Source: Botryllus schlosseri
Lineage: Eukaryota
Direction of reading: 5' to 3'
Assembly (NCBI GenBank): GCA_051294905.1
Contig: CM119371.1
Span: 39,558,001-39,622,000 of the forward strand
Length of the DNA: 64,000 bases
Shown here: one piece after another, positions 26,567-39,327 of the stretch
Layout: each line of letters starts with the position of its first letter
Position numbering within the stretch: the first letter of the stretch is position 1
Position numbers and translations under genes: made by a program
The notes under the pieces: model-generated
Seen by the model: the letters and a program-made list of their open reading frames with translations, nothing else
The model's database searches: none
Told to the model about the DNA's origin: nothing

Positions 26567-28898
26567 CCCTATGTTATCAGGAAACGATGTGTTGAATAAC
26601 AAATGGTGCGAATTATACACCTTGCGATCAGTTTGTAATTATAGGTATCTTTAATTAAATAAAATTCGCTTCTAATTCAGCTGGCCACAAGTCAAAACCT
26701 TAATAAATACTAGTACTGTAATTCATGGACCCATATTATAAAGTCTGTCAACAAATTATACGCTTGCGTTAGTCACCGAGCGATATGGTTTGATATATGG
26801 TTTGTTTGTTTACGTTGATTGCGGAAGGTTTGACGTAGAAGTGGTCGGGTTGAGGGTGATACACGTTACTCTGGGCAACAATTTTGAACAAAAAATTTGT
26901 TGATTGCGATTTTGCACTTGATTTAGGCTAATTTTGGCGTGCTGATTCCAGAAATGCCACTGGAGTAAGTGAAAATGTTAAAAACCCTCCATGATTCGAT
27001 GATTATTGATATTTTACATCGATGTTCATAAATAACTGAATTTGAACATTTTTTCACCCAGCATCATCAATTTGCATAACTATTATTAAACAAATACAGC
27101 GCGAAAGGAGAATTGAGGCACAGATGAGGCACGGGCGGGTCATCACCTGCGACAATGAAATTCATCATTGATAGCTCGGAATTCACAACAACTGGTATCA
27201 ATCAAATGCTATCGTCACGCTGATTCCGAAAATCTAAATATTAACAGTGCCAGACACCAGAACCCCCGAAATCGCCAAGGAAGTTGACATTCGGCTTTAT
27301 TGCAAACAAAAACAAATCTGCCTCATGTACTATTCGCTAACATCTATTTATGCGCGGTATAAAAGTAAAAAAAGGAAAAGATTTCCTTCCTACCAATTGA
27401 AATATTATAGGGTAAATACAGCGATTTTAGGCTTTTTAGGGGTAGGCTATAAATATCTTCTTTAGAGCCAGAACTAATGGCAGAATTGATGTGATATTCG
27501 TAATCAGCAACCTTGAAACTCCAGAAACGGCTCCTGGATGGTCTTCCTAAATTCTTCTTTCGTTTTGTTGACCAGTGATATGAACGCCAAATTATCTCAA
27601 GTAACATATTACAGGTGCACGTGATATTGTAATGACATGAAATGTATGAAATAATTGCACCTGCTATCACATCAGACGAAGCTTGTTGATTCCATCGCAA
27701 TGACAGTCTTTGCAATTGGAGATTTGTTTACTTACCTTTTCACAACTCAAGAACTTTTGGGGCAAAGGTAACTTCTCTAATTTATGGAATGGAGGAAATT
27801 CTGTCAAGCTGCCAACCACAAACTTGTATTTGCAAATTATTCATAGAATACGTTACAACGACCCGGAAGTGGGTACTACTAACAACTAAATTGAGAATTG
27901 TGAGTATAGACGAGAGTTGAACTAATATTTAGTCGAAATCTATAGATTAGGTACTGATCGTTAAAAAACTATATTCGATGTAATCAGACAAATAGTAAAA
28001 TTTTATTGCATCTGTGCGAAAAAACGAATTAATGCTGTGAGATAAGCCCTAACGGACAGTCAAACAATCAGCAGCGTCATGAAACTTTCTATGTTGCATA
28101 CCGATAACCGAAATGGCCCGTTCGAAAGAGTGAAATATGTCAAGTGAATAAAAGATGTCGGCTGATGGTTTCACCAAGCTAAACTTTGGCAAATATTTTG
28201 TTGTAGCGAACGAGTTGATTGCATCTCAGTATATAAGTCAAATGTCGTAATCGTCCAAGTATTCATTGAAACTAAATCTCTATGCCGATACGTGAAGTAT
28301 CACGAGCTGGACAACTTGAACCAAAAGTGGAACTAGTAAATCTACGAACAGATCGCTGCTCACAGATTATAATTTCAATCCTGTGCTAAGAATCGGAACA
28401 ACCGACTTCCATCTCTATAGTTTTGAGAAATTGGTTATTGAGGTCGACCAGCCTATGAAATCTCGCCACTGTTTCTGACGCGTTTACGATATCATCAAAG
28501 CAATGTATGGTTTGTTTTAAATATGCATATATAATATCTCCATGTTCTCACTGTATAATCACATAGCCTACCAATATTGCGTTTTGGTTTATAATCCCAA
28601 TTTTATAAAGTGCGGCGAGCAAATGGATTCAGATGTTGAATGCAGCCCGCGAGCGCAATAGTTTGCCCACCCTGTAGTATTATCACTAAGCTTCTAGCTG
28701 TCTACTTAGACGGATACTTTTACAAGTCGGATTCGAAGTGTATTCTACCAGACCACATGCTTGTCTGTCATCAAAACAATCAAAACAACAATCAAAACAA
28801 TCGCATGATCAATGAAGCATATCATAACACCACACACCCTGAAGTAGACCATTATCCCAATTGGGACGCCGTATTGACTGGGAGAGCATCACACTCAC

Positions 28899-29121
28899 CT
28901 TGACTCGCAGGACTTGTTCCTTCTTCAGCACCGGCAATGTTGCGGACATTCGTCTGATTTCTGGCTACGACGTTAACACGGCTCTTTGTCAAATTGAGAT
29001 TGACATTTTCACCTTCCGCAAAAATTGAGTAATAATGAGTATTCTATTTTTGACATTCGCATCCTTTCGGCATCTTGTTTACACAACGAGCAAAATGCCC
29101 CCATTTGAATTTCTTGAAGAA
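28899..29121 (-). CDS. Candidate second exon of the NLR-like gene with a +1 frameshift (VLQEIQMGAF...AEGENVNLNLTKSRVNVVARNQTNVRNIAGAEEGTSPASQG)
   Basis: atacag|TT...CAAG|gtgagt; 223 nt. Removing one base from the homopolymer run near 29020-29024 gives an open phase 1-1 exon. Its 3' half is homologous to exon 23146-23280. Confidence 0.55.
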
Positions 29122-29299
29122 CTGTATTATATGAATAGTAATCTTTGCTTTTCTCCAATTGCCTCATTGAATGTATACTGAGCGTGGCGCAAATAACCAT
29201 CATCAGTTGAAAGCGCCACTTTTTTCCATAATAATAATATGAATAGTAGTAATATAGATTTTGCAGAATCTGAGCTCAAATATTTTAGACATGACTTAC

Positions 29300-29375
29300 C
29301 GCTTGTACCGGACGATAACGATGTAGGCATGGCATCAGCGACACCAGAATTGTGATCTTGACCCCCTTCTGCCAT
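29300..29375 (-). CDS. Probable first coding exon of the NLR-like gene (MAEGGQDHNSGVADAMPTSLSSGTS)
   Basis: Strong Kozak context ACACCATGG, donor AGCG|gtaagt (phase 1) and an upstream acceptor ttttag near 29421. Confidence 0.7.
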
Positions 29376-30217
29376 GGTGTTGATAACGTGGTACTAATTA
29401 GCTAGCGTGTATTACAATACCTAAAATATATATAATAATCAAACTCTATGATGCATCTTTGTAGAACAACAGGCCGAGACTGATCAATCCAGAATACTGA
29501 ACTACTTGGTAGATCTGATAGTTATATTCGAGCAATATCATGACCTACAGCAGTGGTTCTTGAAACCTTTTTTCCTCCAGCGCCCCCTTTCAAATATTAT
29601 CGTGCTCTAGCGCCCCCACCCCAAATTGTAAGGACTATAGACAATGGGTGAGAAGGAGGGCCGTAACAGCACGTCGTTAGGCCCCTAAAAACGATTGTCC
29701 TGCGCACCCATAGCGTGATAAACCAAACTTCAGGAAAGTTTTGTATAATGCATGAATGAATAGGTGGTAATTGAATATAAATCTCGCTATAAACTTTTTA
29801 TCCTTGCAGCCCACGTAATCAGATTTACCAGTAGCGCTGAGTGAGCTGTTGTCTTGGAAAATGAAGGCCACGTAATTATTGATTAAACATATTCGGGCGT
29901 GCTTGTTGGTACAATTACTTCGTTACATGTTGTTATTTTGGTACCTCTTGTCCGCTATATAATGAAAAGATATTGAAACGCATATAATGCATTAAGCTAA
30001 ACTAGTAAAGTAAGCACACGATTTAACATTGTTATTTCTTCACTGGCAAATGATTTTTCTCTGATGGATGTTATTTGTCCTATGGGGTGCAGATTGCGAC
30101 CACATGATAATTCGTAAGATTCAGATAAAAACATGTCCACGATTACGACGGTGTGACTATTAGATCATGAAACGAACTCTCTCAGCATAATTGATACATA
30201 ATTGATTTCGTGTAAGC

Positions 30218-30552
30218 CAGTGGTTCCCAACGTGGGCGATTTGGCGATCTAGGGGGGCGAAAATGACGAAGGGGGCGATAGGGGGGCGAAAATGGACAAA
30301 GGGGGCGATGGGGGGCGAAAATAGCGAAGGGGGCGATAGGGGGGCGATGACGCGTCAAAACGGCTGACCTTTTTTTTTTTTTTTTTTTTTTTTTTTAGTC
30401 ATCCACCAAAACGTTATTTTCAGCTCTGAGCGGAGAAAGATGACCTTATGTATGACTGTATGCCCAATTATCGGTGCACAAAATTTGGGGGGCGATGATC
30501 GGTGTTGACCTTGAAAAGGGGGTGATCGGTCGAAAAAGGTTGGGAACCACTG
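30218..30552. mobile_element. hAT MITE with internal GGGGGCGA repeats
   Basis: CAGTGGTTCCCAAC...GTTGGGAACCACTG with TSD GTGTAAG(C/T). Confidence 0.85.
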
Positions 30553-33500
30553 GTGTAAGTCATCGAAAGGTACGTACCCTTGTCGGCTTCGAAATTTTTG
30601 CAAGATAACATCAGAGCGCAAATGCCTAAATTGTTAAACAGTGAAAATTGATTGACAGGCCAAGTATCCTTTTACAATAATACGGTCGCACTCATTGTCG
30701 CTCTGATATGTATGATACTTTTTTTCAAATTAACCTACGAGTTTTGAAATCCACGCTATATATTTTTGCGTGTTCGTAAATCAACGCGGTGTATTTTTGC
30801 GATTTGACGACTCCAGTACTTATTTACTAGCTACTATATCAACTGCGACTTGATTTTATATTCAGCTGGTAACTTGTTTTATATCTATTGGAAATATATA
30901 TTTCCTATGAGTATATCCTTTTCCGTGGCTAGGTTCGCATATGATTCAATCAGCAGCAAGTTACTCCTGATTAAACAATGCCGCATACATTGATCTCAGT
31001 CAACGAGATGCGCAAGTCACCGAGCGACATCATTTGTTTGTTTCCGTTGATATCGCAACATTGCGTGGACGTTGTCGAATTGACATTGTTACATATTTAC
31101 TATGACACAACTTCGAACGTTGCAGCGTCGAGTTTATGGCGATAACAGAGTTCGTAACTTGAAACGGCGAAGCGCAAGCTGTCATTACCGAATGAAATGT
31201 TCTCGAATTTAAATGCTGGGCCGAACAATACCGTTTGTTCTGGCGGGGGTTGCCCTCATAAATCCCTAAATCATTCAAATTTAAGAGCCAAATGACCCGC
31301 AGCCTTTGAAGTCTCTTCGATATCATTAGGGATGAGAAAACAATCACAGAAAATCAAACGTAATATCATATTGGTAATAAGTTTCTGTATAAATCGTATA
31401 GGATATTCCGCGGTATTTCAAATCCTCAGTGTATTAAAACACATTTCTGATTTCAGTAGAGTTTGTTAACACATTTCAGATAGCGGAATCTCATCAATGT
31501 CAGCGGTAGTTGCAATCTTACTCAGTATGCCCTAACCCTAACCCTAACCTAAATCTACAGTATCAAAGTATAAAATCCCAAGATATTGTATGTAAATTAG
31601 TGGCTATTAACCTGGTTTTACCGATGCTTGGGCATTAAATTATATTCAGTTCCTACCAAAAAGATTTCATCTCATGGCTATGGCGTGACAGTACAGCGGA
31701 ATGGGCTCATTTCTCACAGCTTACCTGGAGCATTTGCAGGAAACCAGAAATGAGATTAGAATGGAATTATAGCATCAGAACAATATACCAAACATAAATG
31801 CACACACAAATGACTTGATTTGCACATGAATGTTTCAGACAAAGTGCGAGACTGGATTTTTATTGTCGATAGCAGGATTTCCTACAGTCATTGAGAATTA
31901 CTATGTGTGTTCCTGTATAAAAGTGTAGCGTTAAGCGTCACCATCACCACTACCAGTTCGATATCACGTGTTTGGAATTACAACTATACCAAAAAGTCTA
32001 TACGCATCACCGCTCTAACTGCGATTAGAACTCTGAACCTAGTAGGCCTATACCTCCTGGTTGTTACACTCCGTCATACTGACAGTTTAATGTACAGAGC
32101 CTGCGCATTGTGCGCAATCATGGAGATGTAGATCGGTAGCTGTCACGCAACAAATATTCGTTCTAGGTATTCCGACATCAATACATAATTTGCTAATCAT
32201 TGGTGAAATATTGTGCCGAACTACTTTCCTGGTAGTGGACAATTGTACGGTTTCTTACTGAAATGACTCTGATAACTGGCTGGCCGTCACTTATCTTCTC
32301 ATTACTAGCAATCGTATTCTCTGCTGTATATTGATAATTTGTAAAGGCGCAACAAGACACACGCTCTACAATAAATGGCTTAACGCAATCAACAATATCG
32401 TAATATAATAGTCGAGTAGTTCATCGGTCGTCTCTTCTATCGCTGGCGGACGGTTATTTATTTACAATTAGCAAACATTCCGTACTCCAATAAAGCAGAG
32501 GAGAACGACCGAGCATTGATCTCGTATGGACTGCGATACGATCCATAATGATGACCTCATTACTGAGCTAGGCAAGGCTTTACGATTTCGCTTCAATTCA
32601 GTTCTTTTTGCAAAATCTCATCAACGAGTCGACCATGCGAAACTCTATCAACGAGTCGACCATTCTGAATTCTAAATCCCATATTTAAGTATAAGTTCTG
32701 AACACTTATTGAACTTCATTTGCAAAGCAATCTATTTCGTTCAGTTGTTGACAAATTAGCGATGAATAGCCAAGAATTACGCACCAACTTTTAAATCATA
32801 AAACGAGCTCAGCTATAAGAATATATGCTGGACATTGAGTGATATATGGTTTGTTTGTTTCAATTGACATTCCAAGACACCATGGGCTTGCACTGTGTAC
32901 ATTGCGTCGCTATAAATTAACTTGGCGAGTCTGCACTTTTGCAGCGTCTTATGCCAAGTCATTTGGAATTCGTAACGCACAATATTGAATTCTTACTCAA
33001 ATTATTACTGTTTTAAAATGTTTCAGCTCATGTCAAATCGGGTCGGAACGGAAAAGTTCGTGTGACTATTCCTTTGTTCGGCAAGCGATTATTTCATTTT
33101 GCTAATAAACACGAGTTTCGCAGTGCAATTCCTGTGTCTGTTTATTTGCCCTCATAAGCTCATAATGTCCTCTCAAAGTTGCCTCACAAGAACGATTAAG
33201 ATTTGCTTCCAATGAGCGTAAGTAGATACATTTGGGTATATAATAGATCGGAAACAATGAATGTATTTTGTTGCACCGAGAAAACAAGAAAAATGAAACG
33301 TTCGACCAGCAGAAAAAATTTCAAAATACCTCCGCGTGTGCCACAGCGATGATGATGTACTGATACGTGTAATGATACTGTATTAGCAAGAAATGTAACG
33401 TGAAATGTATCCGAAAATTAACTGCTGATATAAATTCGGGCACGTTGTTATACATATACCATATTCGGATCAAATCGTGCGTCAGAGACGTCGCAAACGA

Positions 33501-33627
33501 ATTATCTCAAAACAGCGCCTAAATAAGATATCTTAATTATCTTCATATAACCACACAACCTCCGGTGAATCAAACAAGTATACCAGCTTCGAGAATGGTA
33601 AGATGAATATATATAAGATATATATAC

Positions 33628-34618
33628 TAGGGATGGTGTGAACGTGAGGTTCACGTTCGCGTTCTGTGTGTGAACCTTGGAAATTTAGAGGTTCTCGTTC
33701 ACACCAGAACCTTGGTAGGTTCTGCACTGTGAACCTGTTGGTAAATTGTAATTTTCTTTCCATTATAAGATCTTTGGCTCAAATTTATTGCATTTCAACT
33801 GCGGGCCACTCCATGCATGGTGCTGGCAGCATAAAAAATCAACACTAAACGAGCATGCACCATGCACCTCGACAACCTCAAAAGTTTTACTTGCTTTGTT
33901 GCAAAAATTTTCTCGGAATATCCAGCTTTCCGTTTGTGAATATATTTAGTGACTCTCTGCTGTGAGCCTGACCCGCAATCGATATACGTAGTCAGCGAAT
34001 GATGCTTAGTTAACCAATCAATGGCATTGATATCGTCTTCTGATGTAAAAAATCGAACGGTCGTACTGGGTCAATCTTGACTTCATATCTTTACTGTATC
34101 ATTAGAACCAAATCCGTGCGATTAAGGTGCGTGCTACTGCTGCATAACTTGTTGTTTGTGGTATCGGTAGCGAGTATAGAAACCCGTTGTACACTCTGCT
34201 CAATATCAATGTAGCAATACTCTGACTCCGAACACATTGTCCGGTCTGGCTAAGACCGTTAAGGCGTAAGCTTATATTCCTTGGTAAGTCATCGTCGAAA
34301 TTGTTGGCAAAGCGACGGAATGTACTGATTTTATGCAATTATTATATCCTTTGATTACCGCGGTTGATACATTTAGCGACGTTTAAAACGCCAATATGTA
34401 CTTCAGCATTGTGGCATTCTGTGGGCCGAATCTTCGCTAGGTATCGTATACATTAATATAGGGCATATTAGGCTATCACTTCATTGAAAGAAAGGGTTGG
34501 AATTAGCAATATGACGTCACGTGACGTCACGAGGTTCACATTCGTTTTCACACAGAACCTTTCAAAAAGGTTTGCGTTCACACGAACCTGAACCTTTCAG
34601 AGGTTCACACCATCCCTA
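33628..34618. mobile_element. hAT non-autonomous element
   Basis: TAGGGATGGTGTGAAC...GTTCACACCATCCCTA with perfect TSD ATATATAC. Confidence 0.9.
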
Positions 34619-35604
34619 ATATATACAATACCAGGTGAATGCCTTTTCGAATAAGCTAATCAGAGTAATTGCATTATATTGCATGATAAAGCTGTTTCTG
34701 TGGCGCGTTCACACAGAATACGTGGTAATATAACGCAACTACTATGATTAGCTTTTTCCAAAGGGTTACAGTTATAATATATAGTAGATATAATCTAAAG
34801 TAGACTCTGTGCATGCTTTTGAATCGTGGGATCTAGAAGAAGGCTATGCTGGCTTTCAATTTTCGTTTTAAGTACTCGAGTGTTTTTTTAGGGCTCCATT
34901 GTTATTCTGAATTTCGATATGCAGCTTCGAAATCGAAAATGGTAGGGAACCACTACACAGAGGTGGTCAAAGTAGTCAAGAAAGCTACTCAAGTAGTAGT
35001 AGTAGAAGTAGCGAAGAAAAAAATCTACTCAAGTACGAGTAGAAGTACTTCTTCCATATGCAACCTGAAACCACTTGAAGTAGAAGTAGAATTGACTGAC
35101 TTCAAATCTACTCAAGTAAGTAAGTAGTTGTGAAAACGACCGTAATTCGTTCGCATGGATTGTGAATAGCTGCAAATTGAGCTATGCGAAAGGTGCAGAG
35201 CTTGATTCATATATTGATGCATACTAGGAGGTATTTTAGACAGCATAAGCAACTAAGCATTCGTCCGCATCATGGGATGAAAATGATAGTATTGATATGG
35301 AAAGGCGATACGAATCCTCTGTTTACTCTAACAGCACATTTTAGAAAATATCATGGTATGGTGCCCTCTCCCATAAGGCCCGTGGTTTAGTCGAACAGCA
35401 ATATGGAGAAGTTGTATAGGATACGGTGTAAACACTTTGCATGATTAGTAAACGTTAATAAAAAATATGGTGGATCGTAAATATTCCATGTTATGTAGCT
35501 TCATTTCCGGAAATTAAAGGCATTAGTACACTTGCTTTTATACTTCAACATGTATGTTATCCATACAAAAGAACTGATACTAATTAGAACTCATAAAGTG
35601 TGAT

Positions 35605-38600
35605 TATAGAAATTAAACATGGAACGGCAACGACCGATTTTGCAGCTTCGTTCCGCTTCGCAGAGGCTGGAGAGGCGAATTGTTTTGCGTAAGCGACTGT
35701 AGGATTTCTGGCAATCCAAAAGCTATCTTCCCGAGCGCAGAAATTATTGAATCTGGTCTTGATCGAAAGCTACTGTTGCACTGATTCCGAAAATATAAAT
35801 TTAAATAATGATCAGGCACTGATCCACCTAGAATCTGTCCTCCAAGTCTGAAATATCGGCATTGTTCAGAACAATCAGGTAACCGCAACACAATGACCAT
35901 AACAATGACCATAGGTGTATGGGAGAAAAAACTTTTGGGGATGCGAATTTTTTTTTTTGCCCAAATAGACGGTGAGCAACAAAAGTAGTTAAAAAGCACC
36001 TAATAGTGTAAATGAGGCGCTGGGAAGAACTTACCCATATTTAGGACAAACTGCAATACAGTCAAAGCAAAGATAACCCATCACTGAAGCGAAATTCAAA
36101 ATTATTTCAAGGCTCGGATATTTATGACTGAGCAGTCAGTGTCACCGATTCAAAAAAAGTATTTGTCTCTGCCACTGCCATGATGCATACCCAAATACGC
36201 CTACATCAATGATGTGCTCAATATTGACGATAGGTAAAATACCGCCATATTGGTAAGTCATGCTTGACCCATAGTCTATCTGAGATGTTTTTTTGTCTTT
36301 TCAACTTCGAAAGTGCACTTTCAGAACCGCAGTCAGAAATTTTCCATCACTTTAAGATGAGTCTTGCACTTTGCATGATTAACCAATTTATGAGGCATCC
36401 TCCATTGCGAATACTTGCATCCATCATTTGATTTGTTGAATTTCAGGCATGGACAGCGTTTCATAGTCTTTTCATTTTTGTTACAAGTTAACCAGGGATG
36501 AGTTTTGAATAAGACTTGAGATTTCGTTTTGAAGAGTTGGATTGAAATCTCCTGTTTCTCATCGCCGTAGGCTATTTCTTTGGATTGTAGCATTGTAAAA
36601 TTTGTCGATGAGGCTCAATGTTGTCGCCAGCAGATGTTTTGAAATCATTGCTCATTGCCGGATCAATGTTTGACATTGCAATTGTTTCAAGATTTGCTAT
36701 CACACTCGTTTCTGGCACTGACTGAAAAAAGAGACACTTGCAAAACCATCGCTGCAATAGTAGTTATATCGTGAGCAGGAGTTTCCATGGGCTTGTGCAC
36801 TGTCAATGGGTATCAGTACTGACGGCTATGAGTGTTCCATTCCAATTGACCGAGAAATGGGTGTAAATGTTAACTTTCTTTGTTCAAGTTTATCTTCAGC
36901 ACTAAATTCAATTCAACAATTGGCAGACTTTATATGCTCTTCTTTGTAGGATGCAGCATGCAGATAGGGAATGGCGGCAGTTTTTGCATGTCGGTTGATG
37001 TCCGAAAACTTTCTCTTTTGATGCTTATCCATTGGATTACCTGGGTAAAATTCAAAACCTTTACCGACTTTTTAGTAGTTACGATACACTATTATTTACT
37101 ATTTCTCAATGTAACGAGCAACCGATCTCCTCTTACATGGTGGAGAATACCGTATACCTGATAGGCGAAAACTACAAGAACTAGTTTGGATACTGCTTAT
37201 CATCAAAGCCAACATAATTTCATGCAAAATCCCAATTGAAAGAAATATACAGCTCACCTGCTTTCTGTATAAATTTTAAATTCAACAAATTTCCGACAGC
37301 GCGACACTTCTTATTCTCCCTCAACCAACACACCCTCAGCTAACACAAAAGACAATGACATTTTTCATTGCAAATCGGCATAAATAAAGTGGCAGAGCTA
37401 GGTATAACCAAATAATATAACATGAGCCAACAATAACAAACCAAACATTCATTCTGTTGGATTAGTGTGCGATGAACCATAGCTGCAATAATGCCTGTGA
37501 GATTGCCTTTTCCAAAATATGATTTAACGATATGATATCATTTTTACTATATGCAGAAATTGTCGCTTAGTTTATGCGACTATTATCTCTGTCAGTCGTG
37601 TTCATCTCATATCCGGATTGATAGACTGAATAAATTATGTTCGTTCACCTATGACCTCAAATGTTTTGTTCCAACCCAGTGACCACTACTGACGAGTCTA
37701 CTACGCTCAGCTTGTCGTGTTATTTTTGGCGATGACCAAAAACCATTGATGAGCAATAAGAAATTTAGCATCCTGAAAGCTGCATACTTAGGAAATCCAT
37801 GAATTTAACTTTCTTTACATTTTTAAACTTATTGCTTTGCAAGAAAATGTAGGTACATTTATTGTTTCAAATAAAAATGCAGGTTACGTACCGTACCGGT
37901 AACATTTTCTATGACTATGAGTACGATGGGCTGACCAAATCTAGAAGTTATTCTATTAAAGAATTAGATTGCAAGTTTGGTGTCAATCATTATTATCTCA
38001 TAACAGTTTGTATGATTTAGAAATATGAATATCTTATGCCACAGAAGAAGAAGAAGCGTAAAATATCAACTTTACGGCCATAAGAAGATGGAGAATTTGG
38101 TCCAGATGGTCCATCGACGGCCATAATATGCTGAAACTAAGATCTAAGTAAGTGGAAAAGATGTCTGAAGAGGAGAACGCCATCCATTCGAGTTCCGGGC
38201 TAATCTGATGGAGGATTGCCGAATGTCCATCGGTGACATAGTGGACAGTGATACGCTCACAATATGCTGAAACCAGGATCATAAATATGTAGAAAACATT
38301 TCTAAGGAGAGGAAAGACCAACCATGCTTGTTCCAGGCAAATTTGACAGAAGATTGCCCAATGTCCATCGATGACATAGCGGACAGTGATACGGTCATAA
38401 TATCCGGTATGCAGAAACCAGGATCATGAATATGTGGAAAACATTTCTAAAGAGAGGAGAGGCCAACCATGCGCGTTCCAGGCTAATTTGACAGAAGATT
38501 GGCCAATCTTCATCGATGACATAGCGAACAGTGATACGGTCATAATATGCAGAAACCAAGATCATAAATATGTGGAAACCATTTCTGAAGATCTGGGAAA

Positions 38601-39327
38601 GCCAATAACTATGCGAGTTCCAAGCTAATCTGGGGGAAGATTGCCCAATGTCCATCAATTACATAGCGGATATGCGGATATGGTCATAATATGCTGAAAC
38701 AAATCAAAATATGTGGATAATGGCAATTTTGATGCTCGGCTCACACGCTTGTCATGGTGCTGTTGGCGTTTAACTCGATAAAGGGCAGTCCTCGAATTAA
38801 TAACATATACTGCAATGAATGTATTGCCTGGAGAAAATATACCTGTTACTATAAATATATACCTACTCCACATATATTGTACAATTTTCTGTCAATGCTA
38901 ATGTAATATAGTAAGGAATCAGATTAGAGTATTCTTTTGAAGTTATAGTGAAACTAAAATAATCAATTTGCAAAAAATTCCTAACATTTGGGGATGCGGC
39001 CGCATCCGTCGCATACCCCTCCCATACACCTATGACAATGACCCGTTGCGACTCTCCGATTGTTCGAACAATGCCGATATTTCGACTTGGAGGACGGATT
39101 CTAGGTGGATCAGTGCCTGATAATTATTTTACTTTATATTTTCGGAATCGGTGCAGCAGTGGCTCTCGATCAAGACCATATTCAATAATTTCTGTGCTCG
39201 GGAAGATAGCTTTTGGATTGCCAGAAATCCTACAGTCGCTTACGCAAAACCACTCTCCACTCCAGCCTCGGCGAAGCGGAACGAAGCTGCAAAATCGGTC
39301 GTTGCCGTTCCATGTTTAATTTCTATA
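35605..39327. mobile_element. Foldback MITE split by a later insertion
   Basis: Arms 35605-35880 and 39060-39327 are reverse complements (mirror ORFs ending KLQNRSLPFHV). Confidence 0.85.
35910..39034 (-). mobile_element. hAT element with a decayed TTF-zinc-finger (ZNF862-like) transposase N-terminus and internal ~138-bp tandem repeats
   Basis: TIRs CATAGGTGTATGGGAG / CTCCCATACACCTATG and perfect TSD ACAATGAC. ORF 36333-36593 reads FKTHPWL...C..C.KF...L.NH..C.TH. Confidence 0.8.

Noticed and set aside
31529..31552. (CCCTAA)n telomere-like run
   Set aside because: Only about 3-4 units and interstitial; probably part of a dispersed repeat.
38060..38720. Regularly spaced repeats as a CRISPR array
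   Set aside because: Whole units are homologous with no unique spacers, there are no cas genes, and the context is eukaryotic.
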